From Cyanophora paradoxa CCMP329 (taxonomy: Eukaryota > Plantae > Glaucophyta), in contig QPMI01000053.1 in NCBI GenBank assembly GCA_004431415.1, forward strand, positions 1-64,000: a stretch of 64,000 nt of DNA, written 5' to 3'. Below, one piece after another: positions 12,263-25,035 of this stretch (the stretch's first letter is position 1; the number at the start of each line of letters is the position of its first letter). A program made the translations under genes and the position numbers. The notes beneath the pieces are model-generated. The model saw nothing but the letters and a program-made list of their open reading frames with translations, searched no databases and was not told the origin of the DNA.

Positions 12263-12314
12263 GGGACTTGGGACTTGGGACTTGGGACTTGGGACTTGGG
12301 ACTTGGGAAGAGTT
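12263..12314 (+). repeat. (GGGACTT)6-GGGAAGAGTT array
   Basis: Read directly. Confidence 0.95.
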
Positions 12315-12743
12315 GAAACCCAGGTCCCGGCCCAGACTTTCTCCAGGATCAGAAATTTGTCAGACAAGTCAGGTGAGTTTTTCTACCGACTTTTTTACTC
12401 CTACCACTCCTCATACTCTTTTTTACTCGTAGTCTTTTTTACTCGTAGTCTTTTTTACTCGTATCCCATCTCGTACCCTCCTTCTCTCGACATCTCACAC
12501 GAAAACTCCTACCCCTCTTCACATCCGTTTTCGGTTGCATACTCTCGTGAGCTTTCATGTCCAGTATCATGCTACAAGTCGTACACCAGTTCAGACTCTA
12601 CCTCGCTTGAAATCTCACCTGGAATGTCACCAGAAACGTCATATGCAGATTTCCGTACCCCTCTACATGTCTGCCCGGTGGTTAGGGACTTGGCGCGGCA
12701 AACTCTCAGATCCAGAGAGATTCTGGGCCCAGACCCTGAGTCT

Positions 12744-12802
12744 AACTCTTCCCAAGTCCCAAGTCCCAAGTCCCAAGTCCCAAGTCCCAAGTCCCAAGTC
12801 CC
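12744..12802 (-). repeat. (GGGACTT)7-GGGAAGAGTT array, inverted relative to 12263
   Basis: Read directly as AACTCTTCCC(AAGTCCC)7. Confidence 0.95.
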
Positions 12803-12876
12803 AGGATCGCGCCAAGTCGTAACTGAATAGTCGGCCAATTTTTACAAGTATGTACAATGGAATGACGCAATACTAT

Positions 12877-13944
12877 TTACAGCATCTCAAAGTCAGAGTC
12901 ATCGTCATCGGAAACCAACTCAATGAGGCCCTCGGGCGCCGACTTAAGGGGAATGCGGGGAAGGGACTGCGCTGCCTGCACCAAGTCCTGCCGCTCGCGC
13001 TCGCGCTGCGCCGCCAAGGCCGCTGCCGCCTCTGCCTCGCGCTGCTGCTGAGCCTCGATGCGCGCCTTGAGCTCGGCCGCCTCCTTCTGCTTGCGCTCGG
13101 CGATCCGCGCCTTGTTGATCTGGTACTGGACAAGGCGCTCGTGGCGCCGCTTGCGCTCCAACTCCTTGCGGAGCTCGTTGCAGAGGACGCGCTTCTCAAT
13201 GGTCTTGACGTGCTGAGTCAGGCGCTCGCTGTAGTGTGACGTCACGCGAGAACGGGCAATGCCGGCGCCGAGCTTCAAGTCCTTCTCGTGTGCCTTGGCG
13301 GGGTCCTTGACGCGCTCGGAGTTGTCGGTGAATGACGTAGTCTCCATGAACTTCTTCTTGACGATTGACTTGGTCTTGATAATGCGGCGCTTGCGAGTCG
13401 GGTTTTCGTTGTCGCCTTCAGAGTCAGAAGACGACTCAGAGTCGTATGGAATCGGCACGTCAAAGTCGATGAAGTCGTTGATGTCAGACTCGACGTCAGA
13501 GGCCTCGGACTTGGCGTCATCGGCGGGCTCGGGGGCGGGCTCGGCGACGGGCTGAGGGGCAGATGACGACGATGACGGAGGGGGTAATTCGTGAAGACTT
13601 GAGGGGGTAGGCCCAGGCGAGCGTCTCGGCAGCAGACTCGGCGAAAAGCTTGGGGTCGCCCCAGCCGTTGGCGGTCTTGACCCAGCCGGGGACGGGGGGC
13701 ACGTCGACGGGGGGCTCGGGCTTGGGTTGCTTGGACTTGGATTTCTTGGCCTTGGACGTGAAGGCGGACTTGGGGAGAAGTTGCACTTCGGGGCCAGTGG
13801 CGCGTAAGATGGCATAATTGTAGATGTACCCCAGAGCGTCGGCGCGCTGCTCCATCTCAGGGGTAGCCCTTGAGTGCCACCGGAGTTAGCCCACGTTGCT
13901 TGGACAAAGGCGAAGTCCTCGGCAAGCTCAGCGGGAATCGACAT
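12877..13944 (-). CDS. Putative viral regulatory protein (Pro/acidic region, basic NLS-like motif, coiled coil, SIM-like C-terminus)
   Basis: ATG at 13944; TRKRRIIK; C-terminus IELVSDDDDSDFEML; probable compensating frameshifts in the 5' part. Confidence 0.65.
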   Translation of the reverse strand: MSIPAELAEDFAFVQATWANSGGTQGLPLRWSSAPTLWGTSTIMPSYAPLAPKCNFSPSPPSRPRPRNPSPSNPSPSPPSTCPPSPAGSRPPTAGATPSFSPSLLPRRSPGPTPSSLHELPPPSSSSSAPQPVAEPAPEPADDAKSEASDVESDINDFIDFDVPIPYDSESSSDSEGDNENPTRKRRIIKTKSIVKKKFMETTSFTDNSERVKDPAKAHEKDLKLGAGIARSRVTSHYSERLTQHVKTIEKRVLCNELRKELERKRRHERLVQYQINKARIAERKQKEAAELKARIEAQQQREAEAAAALAAQRERERQDLVQAAQSLPRIPLKSAPEGLIELVSDDDDSDFEML

Positions 13945-14282
13945 CTGCGCAAAGGGAAAAGAAATCAGCAAAGGCAAAACGTGAGGTGACTGTGAGGGCG
14001 GACTTGTGAAAATTCGGAGAGGCAGGGTTTCCTTGGGCTGAGAGAAGGCGGCGAACCCGTTTCAAGAGTGAGGCAAAATGGCGGCGGACCGCGGTTTTGT
14101 GGGCGAATTTTTTCCTGGGCTAGTTCGCAACGGAAAACGTTGCCAACTGGCCTGAAAAAGCCAAATTTAGCGTTGGACCGAAGACAGAAAAAGGAGCCGG
14201 CCTGACGGAAATTGCCCGAGTGCGTCCGCCGAAGGTCGAGTCTCGGATGGGGGGTACACCCTCAGGGGCCCCCCCTGGCCCC

Positions 14283-14753
14283 TCACCCTGGTAGTACCCT
14301 CTCAAAGGGATTTTCGAAGCCGTACAATTCTTGGTAAGTCTCGTAATCCGGGCTGTACCCCCTCACAATCTGCGGGAGCCCCATTGAAAGCCTCCGTCTA
14401 TCCTCTCTCAATTCCCTGCGGAAAAGTCTACGGTCTTCTCGAGCTTCGCGCGTCACGCCAGCTGGGCGTGGTCTATGATTGTTAGGGTTGTCGTAGCCTG
14501 GTCCCACCAGCCTCACGAAATTTTCGCGTATGGCCTCGGGGAGACTCTGGAAACGGTTCGTTGCGTGGAACTCGATCCATTCATTGAATCGACGCGGATA
14601 TTGACGGATGACTTCAAGCACGCCCTGTGTGTTGGGCTCTGGTGTTATGTCGGGAATGTCATGTCCTGTGAGGTGCCAACGCCAGAACTCGCGCAGCCTC
14701 TCGAATGCCATATGCAACTCAAAGGGGAAATCGTAATAGAGATTGCCTGACAT
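14283..14753 (-). CDS. Hypothetical viral protein, 156 aa
   Basis: Clean ORF MSGNLYYDFPFEL...; upstream AATTTTCGGA motif and aaaaATG context. Confidence 0.7.
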   Translation of the reverse strand: MSGNLYYDFPFELHMAFERLREFWRWHLTGHDIPDITPEPNTQGVLEVIRQYPRRFNEWIEFHATNRFQSLPEAIRENFVRLVGPGYDNPNNHRPRPAGVTREAREDRRLFRRELREDRRRLSMGLPQIVRGYSPDYETYQELYGFENPFERVLPG

Positions 14754-14803
14754 TTTTCTCCCCCTCCGAAAATTTCCCCGTTTTGAGTCCAGACTCTGAT
14801 TCC

Positions 14804-14862
14804 AACTCTTCCCAAGTCCCAAGTCCCAAGTCCCAAGTCCCAAGTCCCAAGTCCCAGGTCCC
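14804..14862 (-). repeat. Third (GGGACTT)n-GGGAAGAGTT array
   Basis: AACTCTTCCC(AAGTCCC)6AGGTCCC read directly. Confidence 0.95.
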
Positions 14863-15233
14863 ATTTTTCTCCCATTTCAGTCCGAGATTTTGCCCAAGTC
14901 CAAATCCGGGCCCGGGATTCGAACCCTCGTTTTCGGTCGATTTCACGCGTGAAAAACGCACTTTTCGGCCTTTTCCGATTTTTCCTTTCTCGCGATCGCA
15001 GAAATGCCCCCGATCTCGAAATCGCGATCGAAAAGGGTCGCGATCGGGAGAAAGTCGCGATCACCAGGGTCGCGATCGGGTCGCGATCGCCGCGATCGCC
15101 AGCCTCGGAGGGGGTACCCCCACAGCTGTTGCGGCGGTTATAAGAACCTCCGCAATCCAAGCGTCACTTCCGAGTCTCGAGCTCTCGGAGTTGCCTTTTC
15201 GCGTTTGGCCCATTGATGGCCCTCGTATATATG

Positions 15234-15604
15234 GGCTGTGTTTCGCTGTCGGGGATTTGTATGGGAGCCGCGCTACGTAAGCACTAGGTAGTTAAAACAT
15301 GATGGTGATGTCACGTTTTGCATGATGTCAGGTTAATTTCGAAGTAATTTCGAGTCTCTACGTAGCTAGCGCGGGCGCTAATTCTTTACGATTAGCGCCC
15401 GTCATCGGAAGCTACGTTCAACGGTTCTTAGGATTTCTAGTGAAACAGCCAATGGGATGCCAGTGCCGGATGGGTACGCAAAGTATCAGCACACTACGAG
15501 CTCGGAGCAAGCGACACCCAGACGGCACTTACATCATGATGGCATCACACTTTTTTCCCCACAGTTAATTTTCACTACGTAGTGGGCGACAGCGAAACAC
15601 AGCC
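15234..15604. mobile_element. MITE, PIF/Harbinger-like
   Basis: Perfect 18-bp TIR GGCTGTGTTTCGCTGTCG (15234-15251 / 15587-15604) flanked by 3-bp direct repeat ATG. Confidence 0.75.
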
Positions 15605-16209
15605 ATGCTGCCACAGTGCGCCGGCTTATACGTACTCAGTGATTATATAATTACGGTAGCTTGAACTACACATAGCGTACGCGTAGCTCGGACGTCGACG
15701 ATCGCGAGGCTCAGGTGACTCAGTGATCTATTTACAAGTTAACTTTAGTAACGTTAGACGTCGACATCCGACCTTAAGCTTAAGCGCTAGCTTAGCTATA
15801 TATATAGCCGCTGAGCTCAGTTGTCCGCCCCCCGGAATCAAAGACGTCCGAACTCGGCTGAGCACTGGAGGAGGCTAAGGAGCTCAAAAATAACAGTGGT
15901 CACTCGCGATGCAGGATATGCCGCAGTGCAGGGGGAAACTGACGCCGAATGATGACGAGCAAGCACACGTGCACGTGTGCTGGAACAACCCACCCCCAGA
16001 TACAGCCCTCTGGAACGCACACATTGCAGTGCCACGGTGGAAAGGCTGCTGAAAACAGGAGAGCTGCCAGTGCTTATGCCCCACAGGTAACCTGCCTAAG
16101 CTATAAGCTAGCTGCAAAGTCTTCCCCGGGCGAATTCTTCGAATTCGCAGCCGCCGACGTTGCCAAGTTGTTCTTCGTGTACCCCGCGACGCCACCAAGG
16201 CTCGCAGAA

Positions 16210-18048
16210 ATGAGGGGGTCGGCGCTGTTCCTCCTTGGCCTTCTGGCCCTAGCGGCAGCATGGGAGAACTCCAAGCAGGTCCTCGTGCTTCTCGACAATG
16301 ACGACCTGCGCTCGACGCACTCCATGTTCTTCGGTGCAGTTGAGGGTGCGCATACGACTTATGCCCGCTTGCGTGCCATTCTCGCGGCCGGCGCCCTCGT
16401 CTTTCCGCGTGCCCGAACTCAGCGAGCTGACTGGAGCTTTCAGACATGGGCTTCAAGCTGGACTTCCGGAGGTCGAACGACCCCGACCTCGTGCTCGAAG
16501 AGTTCGGCGTGTTCAAATATGACGCGCTGATCCTCTTTGCGCCGTCTACAGAGGGTGCGCCGTCGGCCGCGCTTCCCAGCAGCGGCTCTCGGTTCGAGTA
16601 GCGGCGCGCCTTCGCAGAGTTCGGCGGGAAGGTGGATGTCGCAGGCATCCTCAAGTTCATCGACAGCGGGCGCGATGTCCTCGCCGCGGCGAGCCCCAAG
16701 ATGGCCGACCCTCTGCGCGAGCTGGCCGCGGAGTGCGGCATCGAGTTTGACGATGACAACGCGTTTGTCATCGATCATTCGAACTACGACGCGTCGGACG
16801 CAAATGGCCCACACACCCTGGTCCTTGCCAGCGACATCATCAAGTCGAAGATCATCGTCCCGGATCTGAAAGCCCCTGTTCTTTTCCGCGGTGAGCTGCA
16901 GCGGCTAATGCTGCCGATCCGCTGGCCTAAGACTCGTGCAGGCATTGGCCAGACTGTCATGGATAACAACCCTCTTGTCCTGCGGATCCTCACAGCGTCG
17001 CCCACCGCGTACACTTACGTGCAGTCGAAGAGCGTGAAGGAAGCGCCGCTTGCCACTGGCAAGGACACGCTTCTTGTCAGCGCACTTCAAGCGCGAAACA
17101 ACGCCCGTGTCACATTCTCTGGCTCGCTTGAGCTCTTTAGCAACCGCTTCTTCAGTTCACCTGTGCAGCGTTTCAATGCTGACGGCAAGATCGAGACGTC
17201 AGACCGCTTTTTAGACCTGGCCCAATGTTTCGAATGCTCACGGGCGCGCAGGCTGTCGAGATCGGGCAATCAGCAGTTCGCGGTGGAAGTCGCTCGCTGG
17301 ACGCTGCAGGAGAAGGGCATGTTGCGTGCAACCAACGTGCGTCACCGCATTGTGAACGGCACGGAGAACCCCGAAATCTACCGGATCAAGGACTCCCTCG
17401 TTCGTGGGCCGCCCGCCAGCATCGCGCGCATTCACGAACCGGGTGGGCAGGAGTACAAGGTTGATATCATGGAATACAAGGACGGCAAGTGGATTCCCTT
17501 CGTTGCCGACGACGTCCAGGTGGAGCCTTCTTTTCTCTTACTGAGCTCAGTACGCCGCTCTCCATCGTAACACTCGGTGCACAGCTCGAGTTTACCATGC
17601 TGGACCCGTATGTTCGCACTACGCTTCAGCATAATGGCAAGGGCACCTATTCCACCACGTTCCAGGTGGGCTTGCGCCTGCTATCACAGTGTTGACCTCG
17701 AAGATCTCACTTCAAGCAGGTCCCGGATGTCTATGGTGTCTTCAAGCTGGTGCTGCACTATCGCCGAGTCGGATACAGCACCCTCTCTGCCTCCCACCAG
17801 GCTCGCCTAGCTGCTTTCTTTTTCTTTTCCCACTTTGCTCTGCTTATGCGCCCACAGGTCGCGGTGCGGCCCTTCGACCACAATGAGTATGAGCGCTTTA
17901 TCGTTTCTGCTTACCCCTACTACGCGTCGGCTTTCTCGATGATGGTATGCTTTTGCTCTCGCTTTGTGCCGTTCAAGTTCCGAATGACCTCGCCACTCAG
18001 GTTGGCATGGTCCTCTTCTCCATCGTCTTCCTTTTCAACAAGAGTTAG
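16210..18048 (+). CDS. WBP1: Oligosaccharyltransferase 48-kDa subunit (multi-exon)
   Basis: Signal peptide; [20 protein letters not shown]; [10 protein letters not shown]; [20 protein letters not shown]; C-terminal TM helix. Confidence 0.95.
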
Positions 18049-18158
18049 AGCTGCATTCTTTGTTGCTTATTTTACAGTAAAAAAGGCTGGGGGCGAGCAT
18101 TTGGCCACCCATATGCATACACGCAAGTAACCATTTTGGGGCGGGGGGTGGGACGTGG

Positions 18159-18450
18159 ATTTGGACACGTACTAAGGGCTACAAGTGTGGGATGTACACT
18201 GCAGCCGCCGCGGCCGCAGGCCCAGCCCACCAGGGAGCTGGCCGGGCGGGCCCTGCGTGGCCCCGTAAGGCCCTGAGGAGAGTAATGCGCCTCCCCACGG
18301 ACATTCTGGCTAGTTATAGCTACATCGCGACTTGTGGCGGTGCCGGCGGGGGTACTGATCGCGATCGCGACCGTCTCGGGGCGGTGGCGGGAGCGCCTAC
18401 AGGCCCTGCAGCTGGGGGCCCGACATGGAGTCAGCCTGCGCCGGGGGCGC
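18159..18450 (+). repeat. Arm of GCATTTGGACACGTACT TIR family
   Basis: Matches arms at 32014, 42558, 59967 and 61607. Confidence 0.8.
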
Positions 18451-19318
18451 AAAAAGCTGCCAGGCTAGGGCTGCACGCAACGTAGTATTAATCAAGGACG
18501 ACAGCCCAATTAGTACCTTCGTCCAACTTTCCGTCCACCTTTCGTCCAACCCCTAATCGTAATCGTAATCATGATCAAAGACGCCCAACCCCTCTCAGAG
18601 TCTCGAGCTCGACAGCTAGTGCGGCATGAAGTGCGGCTCGAGCTCCACCGCGCACATGTCGTCTAGAGAGAGCAGTCTAGTTAAACAAGGGAAGTCTAGT
18701 TAGTTAAATCCGCGGAGCCTGCCGAGGCTTGGTTGATTGTTCGTCCAAGCCCCCAAAGCCTGAGATGTACACAGCAACGATACGTGTGAGATATACTGTG
18801 GCTGATTTGGATTTCGATTACAATTTCGATTACGACTACGGGTGGGGAAGGAGTCTCTCCTTGAGATACTTTTCCCTCGACTTCGAAGGCGCGTACTTCG
18901 CTACAAGCATGCCTGAAATGCCCAACTGCTCGGCAATTTTGTTCTGCGCCAATTGGTCCACGTACCTTAGCCTGGACCGCCCCGACACGATCAGCATCGG
19001 CGGGGGGGGGGGGCGCTAGCCACCCCGCTCAGCGGCGGGGCGGACAAGCGCTTGCAACGGCAGTTACAGCTTGACGAAGACGGGCGCACCTGCGTATCTT
19101 CTCGATGAGCTCGGCGTCCTCAATGCGCCGCGGACCGGACGGCGCCGGCTCTGGAGCTGGTGGATGCCGCACGATAGAGAATCCGTCAAGCTTGTGTATA
19201 GGCTGGATCGCGGCGCTGCTCGTCGCGGCGCGCCGCGACATCCGTACGAGCGACTGCATGCATGCGCAATTGAACAAACTCGGCCTGTGACAGTGTGACA
19301 CGCGTCTACGGGTACAGT

Positions 19319-21255
<1,937 letters not shown>

Positions 21256-24200
21256 TGCTGCAGTTGTGCAGCCTTTTTACCTGTCTGTGTGCAGAGCCGC
21301 GCCCTGCTCCACCAGTGCATACTGCGCATCCAGTGCATGGGGACTCCTCAGGAGCCACATTCAGCGGTGACCCGCGCCGTCCATCCCCTGCGCCCTGCCC
21401 TCAGCTGAGCCGTCTCGCAGGACCTACCCCGGGAGCTTCGTTTGCCCGTGTTAATATCGTTGATTCACGGGCTTCGAGCACTGGTGGGATTCTGTCTCCC
21501 CTTGCGCAATGTGATGAGGCTCCTCTTCTAGATCTGACTCGCATGCAGCTTCCACGGGCCGCCAGGGGGGGCATCCTGCAAGCAGCCGGGCCAGGGCCAG
21601 CCCCTCGGGTACTCTTTTTTTCCTTTTCTTCGGCTCCTCCTCCTTCTTGTCTCATCTGAAACATAGGATCCGAGTCCGATTCGGAGAGCTCTGCTGTCCT
21701 CAATGACATCAGGGATCAGCAGTTTGCAAAGAAGATGCAGGCGCAACAGCAAGCGAGAGACCGTCTGTACGCCGATGGCATGGCGGATCAGCGCGCCAGA
21801 GGCCCTGGTGCATCCTTTCTCCCGCTCGGATCCTGGCTGCTTTGCTGATTTCACTTTCCTCAGGCTGTCCCTCGGGTCGCAGGGCAGAGGGCCCTGGCGG
21901 AGGCCAGTTTGCTGCGTCCCAGTGCCCTGCCGAAGGCGAACGCAGGGCCCCTACCATGGCAGAAGTTCACGCGTGCTTCAAGAAGTATGAGGATGACAGC
22001 GTCCGCCCGGAGCGTCGTGCTGGCTCACATCTGTCTGTTGGGGACGACGCGGAGTACTTCTTGCAGTGGCTGCGTAACAATGATCAACTTGGCCTCAACA
22101 AGAACTTCCACAGTGTGTCCTGTTCTTTTTTACTGCTCGACTCGAGCCAGTAACTCCTCCCTGCAGCCATGAAATATGTGAAAGACACTTATCTGGAGTA
22201 CGGGGGGAGGAATTTGCTCAAAAGCACTGTGTGGGAGGAGGTATCCGCGTTCTTCAAATGGGCCATTGCGGAGGACAAGCTCCCAGGCATTCCCCTGAGG
22301 GGTGAGCCTCATACTTCCCCCAATCCACTGCCTCATGCTGAAGCGCGATTCCAAAGCAACTCCAGAGATTCCAGAAGCACGCCGCCGCACTGGCATGTCG
22401 AGGGATGCTTCCGACCGCTCCATGAAAGCCGATGTCCCTATTCAGAGTTCGAAGTCGAAGAATGGAGGGCTGCGGAAGCGCGCAGAGGAAACGGGTGGCT
22501 CCAACGTGAAAAAGGACACCAACGAGACTTACGTGTTTTACAGCGCTAACGCGGACGGCTCCACGTGCTCTCCAGTGTACCACTCAGGCGTCCCGCGTGC
22601 GCATGGCCCATCGCTCATCACTTTCGTCGCCTGACCCCCTGGCCAGTTCCTGGGACCGGTTTGTCCACGGAGGAACAGCATTTAACTCCTTCCATATTCA
22701 TCAGGGAAGTAGATCCACGAGGCGAGCACAAGCTGGAAGTAGATTGCAGACCGGATGAAGGGCACGACGGCGCTCACTGCCATTCGAGCTTGAGCCTTCC
22801 CAGGTGGGCAAGGTGTGATGGCGCTCTTCACTGCTCCTCCTCCCAGTTAGTTACGGCGATGACTTCGAACGCGGCACTTCTAGAGCAGACCTGAAGGGCG
22901 GGTCGCCGTCAGAGTCCTCCTCTGCAAAGTTGGGGGCCTGTGCTCGAGCGGGGGCTGTTCGCCTTCGAGAGCTCGGGGGCTCCCCCTCGTCGTCAGAGCG
23001 CTCGAGTGGGGGCGGGTTGCCGTCAGAGTCCTCCTCTGCAAAGGCAAAGGCCCGTACTCGACGGTTACATCGCCGCAATGCCCTCTTGAAGTTGAAGCCC
23101 GATGCATAGACAGGCGGCGATTCCTCCCAGCCCTCCTCCGGTCCTGGGCTCCAGGCACGACGGTAGTCCATCCTGCGAGCGCCCATGACGCTCCGTGAGC
23201 CGCGCGATTTGCAGCTCGCAAAGCAAACAAACCGTCGCTAATCGAGTTCTGTAGGCCGCTGCACGTGAGGGCTGGCAATCGCGACGTCAGCGCCCGAGCG
23301 GGCTCGCCGTACGCGCTGCGAGCTCGCCGCACCTGCTATCCGCAAAAGGGATATCTAAATGCACGCCCACGGGCGTCAAGTGAGCCGCCCACGCCGTCGA
23401 ACGACCTGCAATTTGAAAGTGGGCGCCACACGGCGCCTTTGCCCCCAGGGGCCGACCCGGCCTGTACGCACCGGCCAACCGCAAATTTTAGGGTACAAAA
23501 GGCCTCCGCGAAGGCTCAAGGCGCCCCTACGCGCAGCGGATCCAGCCGAGTCAGCGCCAAAGGGGTGGGCGGACGGCGCGGATGGGCCCATCTCCCACAT
23601 ACTCACCCCTCTTTTGACCGGACTCGAGTTTGCGCACTGGTCCCGGCCCCGCCCGTGCGCTCTGCTATGCACAAAGGACACACACCTGTGGTTTGAACAA
23701 ACTCTCTGGAGGAGCGGGGGTATAGAAAGACTAGTTAGTTCTGGCAGATACAGCACACTACGTGCATACGGCACGACTTCGACTCGGCGACGCTGTGAAC
23801 AAAGGGAGTGTCCTGGGGAACGGAGCCCCTCTATCCGGTCCACGCGCTAACCGGCGCCGCACAAGACTGTGGGCGGAAGAGGTTGGTGGTCAACCAACCG
23901 GAGGGAGAGCTAGCTAGCTAGCGCAGCTGATTCATCCTGCGATCGTAAAAATCGTAATCGTAATCTGCGCGCGAGAGCCACGCGTACGGAGCGTTAGCGA
24001 TCCTGGGAGAGCCACGGATCTGAAGGCCGTCGCACCTCGCGAGCTCGAGGATGACAGCGCCCGAGGACGCAGCGCCGCCGGCGCCGCCACGCACCGGCGC
24101 CGCCGAGCTGCATGCGCAGCTGCTAGCGCTCTCGCCCAACGCAGAATGCCGAGCTCGCACTCCTTGCGCACGCTTTTAAACGCGCTGAAACGCAACCGCC

Positions 24201-25035
24201 GCGCGCTGAAACGCAACCGCCGCGCGCTGAAACGCAACCGCCGCGCGCTGAAACGCAACCGCCGCGCATGGCGGTCTTACAACACAATTGCACTGAACAC
24301 ACACACACAGCCGGCGCCTGTGACACTGTCTACCCTCGCACGTAGGGACTATCCTTGGTACCCCTCGCCACCTTGACAAGGTGACCTTGAGCGCCTCGCC
24401 ACCTAGGCCTTGGCCATGGCAAGGTTCCCTTAAGGTCCCGCCATAGAAATTTTGCGCGATGCAAATCGTGCAGCAAGCTTACAATTGACTCGATCCAACA
24501 CCTAATCTTGCATCGATATCTAACACTTGATCGCTTCTTCAGATGTAGTTAAGCTTTAATTGTCGCGATTGGCTTGAATTAGGCGGTTTTCTACCATTAC
24601 AGCGCCAGAGGGGGGGGCGGGGGGGGCAGGGGGCAGACGTGCACGTGGGCCGCCCTGGCTGCAGCTGTTCCCATACAAAAATTTTGTATGGGCGGACCTT
24701 GCCCTCACCTTGAACGTTAACACCTTGCGACCTTGGCCATGGCAAGGTACACCTTATAGGGCCAAAAAACGCACCTTAAATGCAAGGTGGTTCCTTGCAA
24801 TTTTGGAATTTCACTCAGTGACTATCCAAACGTATATAAGCTTTCAACTTAAGTTCAGTGAATTTTCACCTCCATGCCAAACCGTTGAACCGTTGAACTT
24901 GAAAAGGGACATCCTAATGTCACAGTGTGTCGGGGCGCTTTTCTTGCGTTCAGCTGCAATGTAGACAAGAATTGAAAGCTGGCCGCCGGGCGGCTAGCTA
25001 GCGCTAGCCGCAGTCGGATTCGTGATCGTATAATC

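Larger units (their letters stand above)
1..15200. mobile_element. Endogenous dsDNA virus-like element (Polinton-like virus/virophage-like), left part outside window
   Basis: Tightly packed, essentially intronless ORFs encoding virion-type proteins (penton-like, fibre repeats, S74, FN3/Gly-rich) plus an HNH protein, with a shared upstream motif. Contrasts with the intron-rich host genes from 16.2 kb on. Right boundary approximate. Confidence 0.8.

Noticed and set aside
12282-12857. ORFs with LGLGTWD / SQVPSPK repeats
   Set aside because: Translations of the heptamer arrays.
1-15200. Bacterial prophage contamination
   Set aside because: No Shine-Dalgarno pattern, AAATG start context, and a spliceosomal-type intron candidate. 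Not fully excluded without read evidence.
15234-15604. Viral terminal hairpin or TIR
   Set aside because: The inverted repeat is flanked by a 3-bp direct repeat (ATG), which fits an independent MITE better.
21956-22700. Intron-containing gene
   Set aside because: Exon-like pieces exist but I could not build a supported model or assign a family.
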